Positions 27,970 through 36,610 of a stretch of DNA of 64,000 nucleotides are shown here, piece after piece (the stretch's first letter is position 1; each line of letters begins with the position of its first letter). A program made the position numbers and the translations under genes. The stretch lies in NCBI GenBank assembly GCA_027019325.1, contig JALUWT010000018.1:1296-65295 (forward strand). Direction: 5' to 3'. Below the pieces are notes generated by a model, which did not search any database, was not told the origin of the DNA, and was given only the letters and a program-made list of their open reading frames with translations. This stretch comes from Sulfurimonas sp. Lineage in GTDB: Bacteria > Campylobacterota > Campylobacteria > Campylobacterales > Sulfurimonadaceae.

Positions 27970-29261
27970 TGAAAAAAGTTGAATTACTCTCTCCGGCAGG
28001 AACATTGGAGAAACTAAAAATTGCATTTGATTATGGTGCTGATGCAGTGTATGGTGGTGTGAGTCACTTTTCACTACGCATTCGTTCTGGGAAAGAGTTC
28101 TCTTTTGAAGATTTTGAAGCAGGCATCAAGTACGCCCATGAACGAGGTAAAAAAGTCTATGCCACCATTAACGGGTTTCCGTTTAATTCACAGTTGAATC
28201 TTCTTAAAAAGCACATTTTAAAAATGGCAGAGTTACAACCGGACGCATTTATCGTAGCCACACCGGGTGTTTTAAAACTTGCTCATGAACTCGCACCCGA
28301 CATACCGTTGCATCTCTCCACGCAGGCAAATGTTATGAATGTACTCGATGCTCAGGTCTATGTAGATATGGGTGCTACACGTATTATTACCGCACGTGAG
28401 ATAAGCCTCAAAGACCTTAAAGAGATTAAAAAAGAGTTGCCTGAGCTTGAACTTGAGGTCTTTGTGCATGGCTCAATGTGTTTTGCTTATTCAGGACGCT
28501 GTCTCATCTCGACACTGCAAAGCGGACGTGTGCCAAATCGTGGAAGCTGTGCAAACGACTGTCGCTTTCCTTATGAGATGTATGCCGCAAACCCTGAGAC
28601 AGGAACACTCTTTAAGCTTGAAGAAGAAGAGGGTGTCGGAACGTACATTATGAACTCCAAAGATCTCAATTTGGCTTCACATATAGAAGAAATTTTAGAT
28701 GCAGGTGTTGTTGATTCGGTAAAAATAGAGGGACGGACAAAAACAGCATACTACGCAGCCGTAACAGCAAAAGCCTACAGAATGGCGATTGATGATTATT
28801 ATGCAGGCAAAATAGATACGCAAAAATATCAGTATGAGTTGGAGTCTTTACAAAATCGTGGCTACACCGATGCTTACCTTATCTCCCGCCCTTTTGAAAA
28901 GCACGATACACAGTCGCTTGATTTTACAATGCAGTTAGGCACGCATCAGGTAACAGGCATAACAGATGAAGCAGGCACGCACTATATGTGTAAATTTACA
29001 ACAAAGCCGGGCGATGAACTTGAAGTTGTCGCACCGCTCAATGCAGAGATAGCACTTGTGGATAATGAAACTGGGAGTACCTATGAGAGAGATGGAAAAC
29101 TCTACCTCTCTTTTAAAGAGTTAAAAGATGTAAAAGGCAAAATTTGGGAAGCTGTTCACAGTGGTAATATTAACCCTATAGCATTACCAACAACTTTCCC
29201 TCCGTTTACATTTTTTAGAATTCCATCGCGCCCGGATATGAATACAGCACCAAAAAATTAA
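27969..29261 (+). CDS. Peptidase U32 family FeS protein (TrhP/YegQ-like, tRNA hydroxylation)
   Basis: ELLSPAG, HLSTQAN, HGSMCFAYSGRC...RGSCANDCR and KIEGR. Confidence 0.88.
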   Translation: MKKVELLSPAGTLEKLKIAFDYGADAVYGGVSHFSLRIRSGKEFSFEDFEAGIKYAHERGKKVYATINGFPFNSQLNLLKKHILKMAELQPDAFIVATPGVLKLAHELAPDIPLHLSTQANVMNVLDAQVYVDMGATRIITAREISLKDLKEIKKELPELELEVFVHGSMCFAYSGRCLISTLQSGRVPNRGSCANDCRFPYEMYAANPETGTLFKLEEEEGVGTYIMNSKDLNLASHIEEILDAGVVDSVKIEGRTKTAYYAAVTAKAYRMAIDDYYAGKIDTQKYQYELESLQNRGYTDAYLISRPFEKHDTQSLDFTMQLGTHQVTGITDEAGTHYMCKFTTKPGDELEVVAPLNAEIALVDNETGSTYERDGKLYLSFKELKDVKGKIWEAVHSGNINPIALPTTFPPFTFFRIPSRPDMNTAPKN

Positions 29262-29270
29262 GGAGAAAAA

Positions 29271-29768
29271 GTGAAATTTATTTCAATTATAATAGGTTCA
29301 AAGAGTGACTATGAGGTGATGAAGTCATGTTCTGACACGCTAGAGAGTTTTGGTGTGAATTATGAGATGATTATCTCTTCAGCACACCGTTCACCAGAGC
29401 GTACAAAAGAGTATATAGCAAATGCGGAGAAAAAAGGGGCACAGGTCTTCATTGCAGCTGCTGGTATGGCTGCGCACTTGGCAGGTGTTCTCTCTTCTAA
29501 AACTGTAAAGCCTATCATTGGTGTTCCAATGTCTGCATCAGCACTCAGCGGAATCGATGCATTGCTCTCAACTGTACAAATGCCTGCCGGTATGCCTGTT
29601 GCTACTGTTGCCATAGGAAAAGCGGGAGCGATTAACTCCGCGTATCTAGCAATGCAGATATTAGCACTTGACAATGAAGAGTTGGCTATAAAACTCCAAG
29701 AGGATCGCATCGCAAAAGCGAAAAAGGTCGAGATGGACTCTTTAGAGATAGAGACTATTATAAAATAG
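29271..29768 (+). CDS. purE: N5-CAIR mutase
   Basis: GSKSD, SAHRSP, AGMAAHL and QMPAGMPVATV. Confidence 0.97.
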   Translation: MKFISIIIGSKSDYEVMKSCSDTLESFGVNYEMIISSAHRSPERTKEYIANAEKKGAQVFIAAAGMAAHLAGVLSSKTVKPIIGVPMSASALSGIDALLSTVQMPAGMPVATVAIGKAGAINSAYLAMQILALDNEELAIKLQEDRIAKAKKVEMDSLEIETIIK

Positions 29769-29790
29769 TACAAAAAAGCAGGAGAGAAGT

Positions 29791-30270
29791 ATGAAATGGA
29801 TGATCGACGACGAATACAGTGAACTGACTGGCTTGGAATTATCAGCTATTGATGATTTGATAGAGCGTGGAAAGCTCACTGTTAAAGTTGAAGATGGTGT
29901 GCGCTACATTGACCCATCAAAAGGCGCTACAGAAGTCATAGTTCCTGCAAAACTCAATGAACTCAGTGAAAAAAATAAGCATGAGATGCTTGTTCAACCT
30001 GAGTTCGTTGAAAAGACCATAGGCACAATCATTAATCTTCATGAGAAAGTTCTTGATGCAAAAGATGAGACACTTGAAGCAGTACGCGTAGAAAATGAGT
30101 TCTTGCGTGAGGCTTTGGCATCACTTCAAGAACTTTATGATGAAGACAGACAAACGATTCATACGCTTCAAGAACAGCTTAAACTTTCTCAGCAGGAAGT
30201 TGAATTTATGAGACGCAAGTACAAGCTTATGTGGAACAAAGCTATAGAAGAACATACTGACAACAATTAA
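29791..30270 (+). CDS. DUF3972-like coiled-coil protein with short N-terminal HTH-like segment
   Basis: FVEKTIGTIINLHEKVLDAKDETL...ENEFLREAL; conserved position between purE and glyQ. Confidence 0.75.
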   Translation: MKWMIDDEYSELTGLELSAIDDLIERGKLTVKVEDGVRYIDPSKGATEVIVPAKLNELSEKNKHEMLVQPEFVEKTIGTIINLHEKVLDAKDETLEAVRVENEFLREALASLQELYDEDRQTIHTLQEQLKLSQQEVEFMRRKYKLMWNKAIEEHTDNN

Positions 30271-31127
30271 TGAAAATTTCCCAAGAGTGTGTCAACTGCA
30301 TCATCAATCAAAGTCTCAAAGTCGCTCACGCAATAGGAGCTGATGAAAAACTGCAGACATCACTTCTCAAGAGTGTAACACAGATGAGTCAATCATTCTC
30401 TTTTGCTTTGACTCCGCCGGAAATCGCAGCAGATGTGTATGAAAAGATGTCTCTGTTGGCAGATAAGTCAGATTTATATGATGAGATAAAAAGAGTCTCA
30501 ACACAAAAAGCATTCTCTTTTGTTCCTCTTTTAAAGAAAAAGCTACAAACAGCAGACAACAAACTTCTTACCGCGACAAAAATCGCAGTAGCGGGAAATG
30601 TTATAGATCTCGCAGCTGCAGTAGAGTTTGATCTGCAAGAGGAGCTTGAGAAGATTTTTGATACCGCATTTGGGCATGATGACTTTGAGCATTTTACTCA
30701 AGAATTAGGAACTGCCAAGCGTGTTCTCGTCATTGGCGATAATGTCGGAGAGCATATTTTTGACTATATGTTCATTGAAACAGTCCAGGAACTCTACCCT
30801 GAGACAAAATTTTCTTATATGGTGCGCGGTAATCCCATCATAAATGATGTAACGATGAAAGAGGCAAAAGAGGCCGGTTTTGTGACTCTGTGTGAGCTTA
30901 TCGACAGTGGTGTAAATACTCCGGGATTTACTTATAATCGTGCCAATAGCTATGCACAAAAAGTTTTTGATGAAGCAGATTTAGTCATCAGCAAAGGGAT
31001 GGGAAACTATGAGTGTCTCTCTCCTTCGCATAGAGATAACATCTGCTTCTTGCTTAAAGTCAAGTGTGATGTTGTTGCAGCATCTTTGGGACAAAATGTC
31101 GGGGATATTGTTTGTAAACTGGTTTAA
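30270..31127 (+). CDS. DUF89/ARMT1-like damage-control phosphatase
   Basis: N-terminal ECVNC, AGNVID, DNVGE, INDVT and SKGMGNYECL. Confidence 0.9.
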   Translation: MKISQECVNCIINQSLKVAHAIGADEKLQTSLLKSVTQMSQSFSFALTPPEIAADVYEKMSLLADKSDLYDEIKRVSTQKAFSFVPLLKKKLQTADNKLLTATKIAVAGNVIDLAAAVEFDLQEELEKIFDTAFGHDDFEHFTQELGTAKRVLVIGDNVGEHIFDYMFIETVQELYPETKFSYMVRGNPIINDVTMKEAKEAGFVTLCELIDSGVNTPGFTYNRANSYAQKVFDEADLVISKGMGNYECLSPSHRDNICFLLKVKCDVVAASLGQNVGDIVCKLV

Positions 31128-31182
31128 AACCTAAAAAAGTCTCTTTAGATATAATACGAAAAACAAAACAAGGCAAGATAGA

Positions 31183-32067
31183 ATGATAACTTTTAGTGAA
31201 ATGTTACTTAAACTTCAAGAATTTTGGATGAAACAGGGGTGTAATATCGTACAGCCTTATGATATTGCTGCAGGTGCAGGAACTTTTCATCCGGCTACGT
31301 TTCTGCGTTCACTCGATTCTACTCCTTGGGCGACAGCCTATGTGGCACCTTCACGCCGTCCGACAGATGGGCGTTATGGAGAAAATCCAAATCGCCTTGG
31401 CTCATACTATCAGTTTCAGGCGATTATAAAACCCTCACCGGACAATATTCAAGAGCTATATCTACAGTCTTTGGAATATCTTGGACTTGATGTAAGTAAA
31501 CACGATATTCGCTTCATTGAAGACAACTGGGAATCACCTACACTCGGTGCATGGGGACTTGGCTGGGAAGTATGGCTCAATGGTATGGAAGTAACACAGT
31601 TTACGTACTTTCAACAGGTTGGCGGCATTGAATGTAGTCCTGTTACTGCTGAAATAACATACGGAACAGAGCGACTTGCAATGTACCTTCAGGGTGTTGA
31701 TACTGTTTTTGACATCGTTTGGAATGTCGATAAAGAGGGGAATAAAACACTCTATAAAGATGTGCATAAAGAGAGCGAAATAGAGTTCTCTAAGTATAAC
31801 TTTGAAGTGGCAGATACCGCGATGCTTTTTGAAGAGTTCAATGCTAAAAGCAAAGAGTGTCACAGAACACTTGAAGCCGGTTTGCCTCTGCCTGCATATG
31901 ATTTGTGTATGATGGCATCAAATGTATTTAATGTACTTGATGCACGAAAAGCCATCTCTCAAACAGAACGTCAAAACTACATCCTAAAAATTCGTGAACT
32001 CTCACGCGGTTGTGCAGAACTCTATAAAGCACAGGAAGAAGAGAGAAATAAGCGAGTTAACGCGTAA
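31183..32067 (+). CDS. glyQ: Glycine--tRNA ligase alpha subunit
   Basis: [24 protein letters not shown] and [18 protein letters not shown]. Confidence 0.98.
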   Translation: MITFSEMLLKLQEFWMKQGCNIVQPYDIAAGAGTFHPATFLRSLDSTPWATAYVAPSRRPTDGRYGENPNRLGSYYQFQAIIKPSPDNIQELYLQSLEYLGLDVSKHDIRFIEDNWESPTLGAWGLGWEVWLNGMEVTQFTYFQQVGGIECSPVTAEITYGTERLAMYLQGVDTVFDIVWNVDKEGNKTLYKDVHKESEIEFSKYNFEVADTAMLFEEFNAKSKECHRTLEAGLPLPAYDLCMMASNVFNVLDARKAISQTERQNYILKIRELSRGCAELYKAQEEERNKRVNA

Positions 32068-32144
32068 ATCTTTCAATTTGACATATATTTAAAATATTTT
32101 TTGATTTTTTTCTATAATGTGGGTATATCATAAAAAGGAAAATT

Positions 32145-32252
32145 GTGAAAAATTTAGAAGATATTGTTCTGACACTTATTATTGTGATTATGGCTTTTAT
32201 GATTGGTAATTTATATAAAAGAGTAAAAAAACTCGAAGAGAAAATTGAGTAA
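32145..32252 (+). CDS. 35-aa single-TM small protein (absent from the ORF track)
   Basis: TATAAT at 32113-32118, AAAAGGA RBS, GTG start; MKNLEDIVLTLIIVIMAFMIGNLYKRVKKLEEKIE; stop lies 5 nt before the recG ATG. Confidence 0.6.
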   Translation: MKNLEDIVLTLIIVIMAFMIGNLYKRVKKLEEKIE

Positions 32253-32257
32253 TAATC

Positions 32258-34060
32258 ATGAAACTCTCAAAAGAACAAGAAGCAAAATTTAAAAAACTTG
32301 GCATTGGTACAGTAAGTGAACTTGCTCTTTTGATTCCTCACTCTTATGAAGATTACCGCATTAATGAAAAACTTACTCCTCACGCAGCACAAATTATAGA
32401 TGCGACGGTCGAGTCTGTTTACCGTGCACCCAATTCCATTCAAATAACTTTTTTTGCACATAATTTTGGTCATAGTGTCACCGGAGTATTGTTCCGTCCC
32501 AAGCCCTATATGATGCATCAGTTTAAAGTAGGGGAGAGAGATTATTTCTACGGTATGATAGAATGCAAAACCGGGCAATGCTCTATGAGTATGCCTCGTA
32601 AAGTAACTAAGGTCGGCGCTATTACTCCAAAGTATAAAACTGCTTTGCGCAGTGATGTAATGGCACGACTGATCAAAGAATTTATAACTGTGGAAGCCTT
32701 GCGTGAGGAGGGTATAGCTGAAGATATAGCGAAAGAAGTTGTTCGTTTGCATTTTCCAACAGTAGAGATTTTAGAACAAAAAGAACTTTCACAAAAAGCA
32801 GTAGAAGCATTAAAGTACCTGGAACTCTACACTTATATGAAAGCATTTGCACGCAAGCGAAGATATTTTAAGCCTCTTGTCTCTAAAGAAAGCTCTTATG
32901 AGATTTTTCGAGAAGGGTTGCCTTTCACTTTGACAGACGAACAACTAAAAGCCATCGAAGAGATTAAAGATGATTTTACTAAAGATGTCGCGGCAAAACG
33001 GATGATAGTCGGCGATGTGGGTAGTGGTAAAACGATGGTGATTTTAGCTGCTGCTTTTATGATGCTGCCACACAAATCAATTCTTATGGCTCCGACAACT
33101 ATTTTGGCGAATCAACTTTACGAAGAGGCAAAAAAGTTTCTGCCAAATGTCAAAATAGCACTCGTAACAAACAAAACAAAAAAAGAGAAGTTGGACGCCT
33201 ACGATTTCATCATAGGAACGCACGCGCTTTTGTTCAGAGAACTGCCTGAAGTAGCTTTGGTTATGGTGGATGAACAGCATAGATTTGGAACGAAACAGCG
33301 TCATATGTTAGAAAAACTTGTAAGTTCAGGAGAAAAGAAACCACACTATCTGCAATTTTCTGCAACACCGATTCCTCGAACACAGGCGATGATAGAGAGC
33401 GCACACATTGACGTGAGTCTCATCACGTCAACACCTTTTAAAAAAGATATAGACTCCAAAGTCATTCATAGGAGTGACTTTCAAGCTCTTCTCACGCAGA
33501 TAAAAGCCGAGATAGCAAAAAACAATCAGGTACTCATAGTTTACCCATTGGTGCAGCAGAGTGAAGTGCTTGAGTATCAGAGCATTGAAGAAGCGCGAAG
33601 TTACTGGGAGAGTAATTTTGAGAATGTTTATGTAACGCACGGTAAAGATAAAGAAAAAGAGCAGGTATTGATGGACTTTAGACAAAAAGGTTCTATTCTC
33701 ATCTCTACTACAGTTGTGGAAGTGGGCATATCACTGCCACGTCTGAGTACTGTGGTCATTGTGGGTGCTGAGCGATTAGGTCTTTCAACGCTGCATCAGT
33801 TGCGTGGCAGAGTCAGTAGAACAGGTCTCAAAGGCTATTGTTTCTTATATAGAAATCAAAACTCTTCAGAACGCTTGGAGGAGTTTACACGGACTACAAG
33901 CGGATTTGATATAGCAAACTTGGATCTAAAATTTAGAAAAAGTGGCGATTTGCTCAGAGGAATTTCACAAAGCGGTTCAGCATTTAGATGGATTGATTTT
34001 GCGGAGGATGAAAATATTGTGCGCAGGGTAAAAGAAGATTTACTTCTTTACCCAAAATAG
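32258..34060 (+). CDS. recG: ATP-dependent DNA helicase RecG
   Basis: GDVGSGKT, MAPT, DEQHRFG, SATPIPRT and LHQLRGRV. Confidence 0.96.
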   Translation: MKLSKEQEAKFKKLGIGTVSELALLIPHSYEDYRINEKLTPHAAQIIDATVESVYRAPNSIQITFFAHNFGHSVTGVLFRPKPYMMHQFKVGERDYFYGMIECKTGQCSMSMPRKVTKVGAITPKYKTALRSDVMARLIKEFITVEALREEGIAEDIAKEVVRLHFPTVEILEQKELSQKAVEALKYLELYTYMKAFARKRRYFKPLVSKESSYEIFREGLPFTLTDEQLKAIEEIKDDFTKDVAAKRMIVGDVGSGKTMVILAAAFMMLPHKSILMAPTTILANQLYEEAKKFLPNVKIALVTNKTKKEKLDAYDFIIGTHALLFRELPEVALVMVDEQHRFGTKQRHMLEKLVSSGEKKPHYLQFSATPIPRTQAMIESAHIDVSLITSTPFKKDIDSKVIHRSDFQALLTQIKAEIAKNNQVLIVYPLVQQSEVLEYQSIEEARSYWESNFENVYVTHGKDKEKEQVLMDFRQKGSILISTTVVEVGISLPRLSTVVIVGAERLGLSTLHQLRGRVSRTGLKGYCFLYRNQNSSERLEEFTRTTSGFDIANLDLKFRKSGDLLRGISQSGSAFRWIDFAEDENIVRRVKEDLLLYPK

Positions 34061-34063
34061 TTT

Positions 34064-34597
34064 CTAATAAAGACCGAATTTACCATCATTTCTTTTGTAA
34101 AGAACACGTGTTTTTTGTTCATTGTCTGCAAATATTTCAAACATTTTACCGCTCTCTTTGAGGTCATTTAAAACATCTTCAACCTCACGTGGTTTGTAGA
34201 GGTCAAGTTCTACAGGAATAATCTCATCTTCCATCTCCTCAACTGCTTCTTTTACACTGACAGCTTCTGCTTTAATCTCATTAAGACCTACTTTGTGGTG
34301 GTCACTCTCTTTGTCGTGAAGACGGCGCATAGCTTTTTGTGCTCTTGAAGCCGCTAAGTCAATGGCAACATACAAATCTTCATCACTCTGCTTGATTACA
34401 ATAGTATTTTTATGTGCAAGATTGATAACGTACTCAACAACTGAGTGATCTTTACCTTTTTTTGACTGTGTAGATACAATCACATTGACTGAAATAATGT
34501 CTAAGTTAAATTTTTTGAGTGTTTCTACAGATGCTGCGATATGCTCTTTGATGGCATCTGTAAGCTCTATATTTCTTCCTGTCATTGATGTATTCAT
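34064..34597 (-). CDS. hpf: Ribosome hibernation-promoting factor (long HPF/RaiA family)
   Basis: TGRNIELTDAIK, DLYVAIDLA and C-terminal VLYKRNDGKFGL. Confidence 0.92.
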   Translation of the reverse strand: MNTSMTGRNIELTDAIKEHIAASVETLKKFNLDIISVNVIVSTQSKKGKDHSVVEYVINLAHKNTIVIKQSDEDLYVAIDLAASRAQKAMRRLHDKESDHHKVGLNEIKAEAVSVKEAVEEMEDEIIPVELDLYKPREVEDVLNDLKESGKMFEIFADNEQKTRVLYKRNDGKFGLY

Positions 34598-34656
34598 AAT
34601 GAAATCCTTTAATTTTTTTTCATTATATCATGAAAAAGTTTACAATGAGGGAAGAT

Positions 34657-35118
34657 TTATAATTTTTGTATTGTTCTTCTGAAATATCTTATGGGCTCGC
34701 TTGTAATTGAAGGGTCATGCAGTGTCACTGCTATATCCATGACGACAGAACCATTTTGTTCTGGAGTTGTGACTGGTGTATTAGGTGTAAATGTTGTACA
34801 TCCACCTGAATTATTAGTATAAACATATTTCATTGTCACATTTGCATCATATTGGATCTCTCCGGCATTACCAAATAAAATATTGCTCGTGTTCTGACAG
34901 CCATTTTTTGCAATATTCAAAAGAGCAATTTCTGATGCAGCTTTTGCATAGAGGGATGCTTGTTCATATAGGTAGATGTCTGTTGTTCTCTTTGTTGTTT
35001 GTGATGTAAGCGCAACAGACAAAGCCATAATAGTAGCTATAATGACAATGACAGTTATAGCCATTATCATGGCAAAACCATTCTTTTTCTTTTTTAGTAA
35101 ACTGTTTTTTCTTTGCAT
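34657..35118 (-). CDS. PilX/MshP/GspK-like minor pilin (no Glu5)
   Basis: Class III signal KKKKNG|FAMIMAITVIVII lacking E5; two cysteines. Confidence 0.75.
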   Translation of the reverse strand: MQRKNSLLKKKKNGFAMIMAITVIVIIATIMALSVALTSQTTKRTTDIYLYEQASLYAKAASEIALLNIAKNGCQNTSNILFGNAGEIQYDANVTMKYVYTNNSGGCTTFTPNTPVTTPEQNGSVVMDIAVTLHDPSITSEPIRYFRRTIQKL

Positions 35119-35996
35119 AGCGAATAATTCCCCTCACTCATTGCTCCGACCGTCGATTTGGTACAGACTTGAATTTTTAAAATAGAGCCTACTGCGTTGT
35201 ATTGAAATGTACTGACATTTTCCATGAGTGTGATAGACTTGCCATTTTTGTAGTCTTCACCTTCCCATGGTTGATAATCATACCAAAGTTTTAGCTTTGT
35301 TGGCTCTGCAGTATCTATTCCAACAGCATAAGCAGTCCATGCAAGTTGATAGTATTCACAAACGTCAACACCGCTAAAATTATTATCAGCTACCAGCCAA
35401 TCAATGTGCGTAGTGTTAACATCTATTGGATGTATTGCATCAATTTGATTTTTGTCCCATCCAAATCCAGTATGAACATTGCCATTTGAATCGACAAAGT
35501 AAATTGCAGCATTATTAATAGTAGTAGCGCTACCTGTCGGTCTTAATGATTGTATCATATTATTAACAGCTGTGGTGTTTGTCTCAGGAGAAACAAGTGT
35601 TTTCACTCCAAGTGCCTTAGATGGATTAATGTCTATAATACCACTCCATAATGGTTTTGTCGTTCCTCTAAAACTCTCATTTGCTGTGCCAACCCATTCA
35701 AGTATACTATATTTAGGTGCTTCTGTCGCATTGATTTCTGTTGGGGCTTTAAAGTTGGTAGAAAAATTATTGTTACTAGGATCTCTTCCTATTACAGATG
35801 CTTTAATCCTGTATTGCAGTCTAGCTCCAATCTGTTCGACGGCACTTTCACTCTTAGATTGGAGTTCATTATTTATTTTTGAAAAGATAAAACCATTATA
35901 TGCCTGTGCTAAAAATTCCGCACCAAATTTTGCTAAAATTCCCATCACTACTATAACGAAAATTAGTTCAATCATTGTAAAAGCATAGCGACGCAT
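35094..35996 (-). CDS. Type IV minor pilin (MshO/PilW-like)
   Basis: MRRYA|FTMIELIFVIVVMGIL N-methylation motif; 300 aa. Confidence 0.82.
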   Translation of the reverse strand: MRRYAFTMIELIFVIVVMGILAKFGAEFLAQAYNGFIFSKINNELQSKSESAVEQIGARLQYRIKASVIGRDPSNNNFSTNFKAPTEINATEAPKYSILEWVGTANESFRGTTKPLWSGIIDINPSKALGVKTLVSPETNTTAVNNMIQSLRPTGSATTINNAAIYFVDSNGNVHTGFGWDKNQIDAIHPIDVNTTHIDWLVADNNFSGVDVCEYYQLAWTAYAVGIDTAEPTKLKLWYDYQPWEGEDYKNGKSITLMENVSTFQYNAVGSILKIQVCTKSTVGAMSEGNYSLCKEKTVY

Positions 35997-36610
35997 TAAA
36001 AAGTCCTTTTATAGTATTGTGGTTCACCAATATTAGCAGCTTGTGTTCTTAAAACTGTAATAATTTTATTTCCTTGTGCAGCATCTCGAATTGTTGCAGT
36101 AAGAACTTTAATGTTAGTATCTGCAAGTTGAGCTACTGTAAGGGTACTTGTATAATTCATGTCTTTGTAGCCTGCGGCACCATTTGCATTTCCTATGAAA
36201 AGTGGTTGTGCAACATGTGCAAAATCATTTAAGGTGTTAAAATTAGCATTTCCAGTTGCATTACTTGCTGTATTTATAGTTGTGTCATCAATGCATCGTC
36301 TATGAAATGGTTGGTTGATGTGTCCGGGACGAAGTTTTGTTGTAGCATTACAGTCGCCATCAATATTAACAACTCTTGAGTAATCACTTAAATTGATATC
36401 TTTCATGGAGTTTGCATCCCAATACCCTGTCGTAGCCTGCATAAGTTCAACCGATGCACCAAAGATTGCCTCTTGTGCAAGGTTGTTATCCATCCCTTTA
36501 GAGTTTACTTGCATCATCATAGGCAGAGAAACTACAGCGATGGCAATAACAACAATAGCAAATATAAGCTCTATCATTGTAAATGCAGTTTTAAAGTTCG
36601 CTTTTACCAC
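35996..36610 (-). CDS. Type IV minor pilin (MshD/PilV-like)
   Basis: KTA|FTMIELIFAIVVIAIAVVSL N-methylation motif. Confidence 0.82.
   Translation of the reverse strand: MVKANFKTAFTMIELIFAIVVIAIAVVSLPMMMQVNSKGMDNNLAQEAIFGASVELMQATTGYWDANSMKDINLSDYSRVVNIDGDCNATTKLRPGHINQPFHRRCIDDTTINTASNATGNANFNTLNDFAHVAQPLFIGNANGAAGYKDMNYTSTLTVAQLADTNIKVLTATIRDAAQGNKIITVLRTQAANIGEPQYYKRTF

Noticed and set aside
31183-32067. glyQ without adjacent glyS
   Set aside because: Split glyQ/glyS is normal in Campylobacterota.
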